Assembly: GCA_043732485.1 (NCBI GenBank) | Contig: JAYTHP010000191.1 | Span: forward strand, 1-10,174 | DNA: 10,174 bases | Reading direction: 5' to 3' | Source: Oligoflexia bacterium | GTDB lineage: Bacteria; Bdellovibrionota; UBA1018 | In this document: positions 7,797-10,174 of the stretch, piece by piece | Numbering within the stretch: position 1 is the stretch's first letter | How the letters are laid out: every line of letters starts with the position of its first letter | The notes under the pieces: generated by a model | What the model saw: only the letters and a program-made list of their open reading frames with translations | What the model was told of the DNA's origin: nothing | Databases searched by the model: none | Position numbers and translations under genes: made by a program

Positions 7797-9111
7797 ATTT
7801 ATTTTATTTTTTGTTTTATTTTTAGCTCCCTTTCCCGGCTTTGCTCATTCGTGCGCCGGAGCGGGGACTGTTATTTTTTTTGCCAATGGTATGTTTAACA
7901 GCTTGGTCGATGCCTCTAGGTCGCTTGAATCCTTGAAAAAAAATGTTCAAGAAACCCTTCCTCGATCTGCCGATGGGACTGATCTACTCTTCGATCTATC
8001 CTTCAAGGAAGCACGAGGGGTGCTTGAAGATCTCACCAGGGTCTACTATGACAAGGCAGTTGACTCAGGCGAAAACCTAATACTTTGGCTAAGCTCACTC
8101 AAACCCCCCCCGACGTGGTTTATTGAGGCCATGCGGCGAGACATCAAAGAATTTCTTCACGCAGACAAGCAGACTTTAAGAGACCGGAAAAAGTTTTTTG
8201 AGCAGTATTCTAGCTACATGCTTCATGGCTACAACGTGATAGCGGTCTCTCACTCTCAAGGAAACTTTTACGCCAACCAAGCGATGCGAGAGCTAGCAGG
8301 CTTCACCGATTCCAGCCTCACCGGTTCACTCAAGGACAAACAGGAGCAGAATGCTTTTTTCCCCAACTTTTACGAGATCTTTGCTAACGTCCAAGTAGCA
8401 ACCCCGGTGGACGCCACGATCAATGATTCCCCGTGGAGCACTTTTCCGGATGATTGGGTGATCCAAGTAGTCAGGAATACTGTGGGGGCCCTTCCTGCTA
8501 ATTTACAGACTTCAGGACGAGAAGGCAAGCCTGATACCGATTTTTTAGGACACAACTTTATCAGAGCCTACATGAACACCAAGGAGAGCCGCGAAAAGAT
8601 CTTATCCGACATTGCTCACTCCTATCAATCACTCAGATACCCCATTGGCTACTTCCAAGACGCGGTTTTTTTTGAGGTAGCACAATCTATCGCGCGAACC
8701 TCCCAAGAGGAAGACGATCATGAAAAATCAGTCCCTATCCTAGATTTTTATTACAGCAATTCTGATGTTGAGGGTCAAAGCGAGCGGTGGCTCACGCCGG
8801 ACTTTGTCCTTCACCAGTCTTACGCTTCTTGTATGGCGCTGCAACCAGGCGTTGTTGAGATTAACTTATCAGTCATCAGTTCTGAGCCCAGCGAGCTCTC
8901 GTTTGATGTCTGGAAAGAGGGGGGAAAACGATCAGTCACCTCTCTTTCTATGCACTTACCAGCTCCCGAGCACATTAGCTTTAAAGTAAAAGCGGGTTGC
9001 TCGTACTGGCGTGTGGGAAGAATTCACACGGAAGAGGGTAGAGGCAAAAACCCTCTCCAAGTTAAGGTGGAGATCTTCCCTCAACCTATACCGCGAGTTC
9101 CGCCTGACTGA
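7771..9111 (+). CDS. Secreted alpha/beta-hydrolase-fold (lipase/cutinase-like) protein with an extra C-terminal beta-rich domain; start at ATG 7771 or GTG 7786
   Basis: Sec-type signal peptide (IKFILFFVLFLAPFPGFA). VIFFANGMFNS is a candidate oxyanion-hole strand. The nucleophile elbow is VIAVSHSQGNFYAN (Ser162, 8254-8256), with candidate Asp227/228 (FPDDWVI) and His261 (GHNFIRAY). It overlaps the upstream lipoprotein gene. Confidence 0.75.
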   Translation: MMQRPVSIKFILFFVLFLAPFPGFAHSCAGAGTVIFFANGMFNSLVDASRSLESLKKNVQETLPRSADGTDLLFDLSFKEARGVLEDLTRVYYDKAVDSGENLILWLSSLKPPPTWFIEAMRRDIKEFLHADKQTLRDRKKFFEQYSSYMLHGYNVIAVSHSQGNFYANQAMRELAGFTDSSLTGSLKDKQEQNAFFPNFYEIFANVQVATPVDATINDSPWSTFPDDWVIQVVRNTVGALPANLQTSGREGKPDTDFLGHNFIRAYMNTKESREKILSDIAHSYQSLRYPIGYFQDAVFFEVAQSIARTSQEEDDHEKSVPILDFYYSNSDVEGQSERWLTPDFVLHQSYASCMALQPGVVEINLSVISSEPSELSFDVWKEGGKRSVTSLSMHLPAPEHISFKVKAGCSYWRVGRIHTEEGRGKNPLQVKVEIFPQPIPRVPPD

Positions 9112-9492
9112 GCCTAGAAGTGACTCTTGATCCGATTGCAGCCCCAGTTAATCGGCGGTGCTCGTGCTCAGAGGTACCGCCGCCTCAAGGCGCCCCGTTT
9201 CTTTTCCAGGAATTTTTCGATAAAGATTTAGCCGTTTTTGAGGATCACGTAAGGATCAAAGAGCACAACGGGTCTTCCCTAAAGCTTTCTTTACCCTCTT
9301 GCGCGGAGGATCAAAACACTAAGCTGCAGCAACACTTACGATGAATCACTTTACGAGGACTCAAACCAGCGCGACTCTTGAGAGCGGCTGAGGGGAGACA
9401 CTTGCTCCGCGTAAGGGATACAAAAATCTTAGCCTCAAGGATAAAAAAGAGCTGCGCAGCATCAAAGAAGCGCTCAACTCAGACCGCATGTG

Positions 9493-9518
9493 CTTTCAGT
9501 GACCGAAAGGTTTTTTTT
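9493..9518 (+). terminator. Weak intrinsic terminator candidate
   Basis: Short hairpin CTTTC-AGTGACC-GAAAG (or GACC-GAAA-GGTT) followed by T8 at 9511-9518. Confidence 0.3.
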
Positions 9519-9661
9519 GCGTAGCAGACAAACTCCACCTTCTTCGAAGACTACAGTCGAACGAAAGACCTCAGCCAGTCTTTATTGTTATCGCCTCAGT
9601 CGACCTGATGGGCATCGACATTCACTGATCGCCTTTCTTGCTCAAACCCTTTAACTCCAAA

Positions 9662-9738
9662 GAGCGCATTGCGCTCAACGCGGACAGCATTTCGGACCTA
9701 GCAAAAAGAGGCCTCAATGAGAGCGAAACGCTGTCCGC
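9662..9738 (-). terminator. Structured 3' region / terminator candidate downstream of the RBR-like gene
   Basis: A 15-bp inverted repeat (9680-9694 / 9724-9738) whose single mismatch is a G-U pair on the - strand. It is followed on the - strand by the hairpin GAGCGCA-A-TGCGCTC (9662-9676) and a short TTT. Confidence 0.4.
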
Positions 9739-9770
9739 AATGGACCGATTTTCACACCAAAGCGCGCGCT

Positions 9771-10174
9771 TTACTTCCTCCACCAGGGGTGCAGGCCAGG
9801 TGCAAGCTTGTACTGCTTGGCTTCTTGCGAGCGCGAGTGTTCAAAAGCTGCTTTTTTTCCGAGGTTAAAGTTAAAATCCTTACCGCAGTGGGAGTTAGGA
9901 CAAATCATGTGATTGCACCCCCCACCCTCTTGCAGCGGAATTTTCTCTACCATCAAGCCACAATGCGGACAAGGCCTAGCACGTCCGTCGAGAAAATGAT
10001 CGCGAATCTGGTGCCCCTCTCCTTCTGCAAGTGCTTCTCCTGGGTCTTCTGCTGTTGCGGCTACCCCAACCGGCTTCTGACAGACCGGGCAAGCGTGCCC
10101 AGCACCAGGGTGCTCGTCCGTGAGCGCCCCTAAGTATTGACTCAAGAGGCTTGCCGCTGCCTTCGGCCGCTCTT
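9771..10174 (-). CDS. C-terminal part (5'-truncated by the window) of a protein with an RBR-type E3 ubiquitin ligase RING2/Rcat-like domain
   Basis: The frame is open to the window edge (...ERPKAAASLLSQYLG...), so the TTG at 10145 is probably not the start. It contains RPCPHCGLMVEK-IPLQE-GGGCNHMICPNSHCGKDF, matching the Rcat consensus CPxCxxxIEKxxGCxHMxCx(2-4)CxxxF. A further CPVC lies upstream. Confidence 0.8.
   Translation of the reverse strand, partial: ERPKAAASLLSQYLGALTDEHPGAGHACPVCQKPVGVAATAEDPGEALAEGEGHQIRDHFLDGRARPCPHCGLMVEKIPLQEGGGCNHMICPNSHCGKDFNFNLGKKAAFEHSRSQEAKQYKLAPGLHPWWRK

Larger units (their letters stand above)
9341..9770 (+). pseudogene. Possible decayed gene remnant with weak resemblance to a response-regulator receiver domain
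   Basis: One frame from ATG 9341 is interrupted only by TGA at 9389, 9500 and 9626. It includes LHLLRRLQSNERPQPVFIVIASVDLMGIDIH*SPFLLKPFNSKERIAL, which recalls the receiver-domain C-terminal half (..PVI.lt....G...yl.KPF..eL). Confidence 0.2.

Noticed and set aside
9241..9470. Recurrent AGGATCAAA-like words as a degenerate CRISPR or tandem array
   Set aside because: The matches are only 7-9 bp, variable and irregularly spaced, and there are no cas genes.
9341..9868. TGA recoding (genetic code 4/25 or selenocysteine) to rescue this frame
   Set aside because: TGA ends other genes here at sensible positions (85, 904, 4073, 9111) and Trp is encoded by TGG. The long conserved genes have no internal TGA.
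9717..10133. 138-aa + strand ORF (also 9638..9868) as real genes
   Set aside because: They are antisense to the - strand frame carrying the clear Rcat motif, and 9717..10133 has no recognisable features.

Overview
Bacterial genomic DNA read with the standard code. The left two-thirds is a + strand housekeeping block: the C-terminal end of a probable outer-membrane beta-barrel protein, two adjacent SurA/PrsA-family foldase-like genes, a phosphomannomutase/phosphoglucomutase, and an overlapping uvrA. This UvrA appears to lack the insertion domain. A ~560-bp intergenic region with C10/G12 homopolymers and a G-quadruplex motif follows. The accessory region after it holds an overlapping pair of genes (a lipoprotein and a secreted SHSQG alpha/beta-hydrolase) and a possibly decayed gene. 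At the right edge, on the - strand and running out of the window, is a protein whose C-terminus closely resembles the catalytic RING2/Rcat domain of eukaryotic RBR (Ariadne/Parkin-type) E3 ubiquitin ligases, with the Cys-His-acidic triad intact. That eukaryote-like ligase domain in a bacterial chromosome is the most notable observation. All family calls come from motif recognition by eye; no searches were run.
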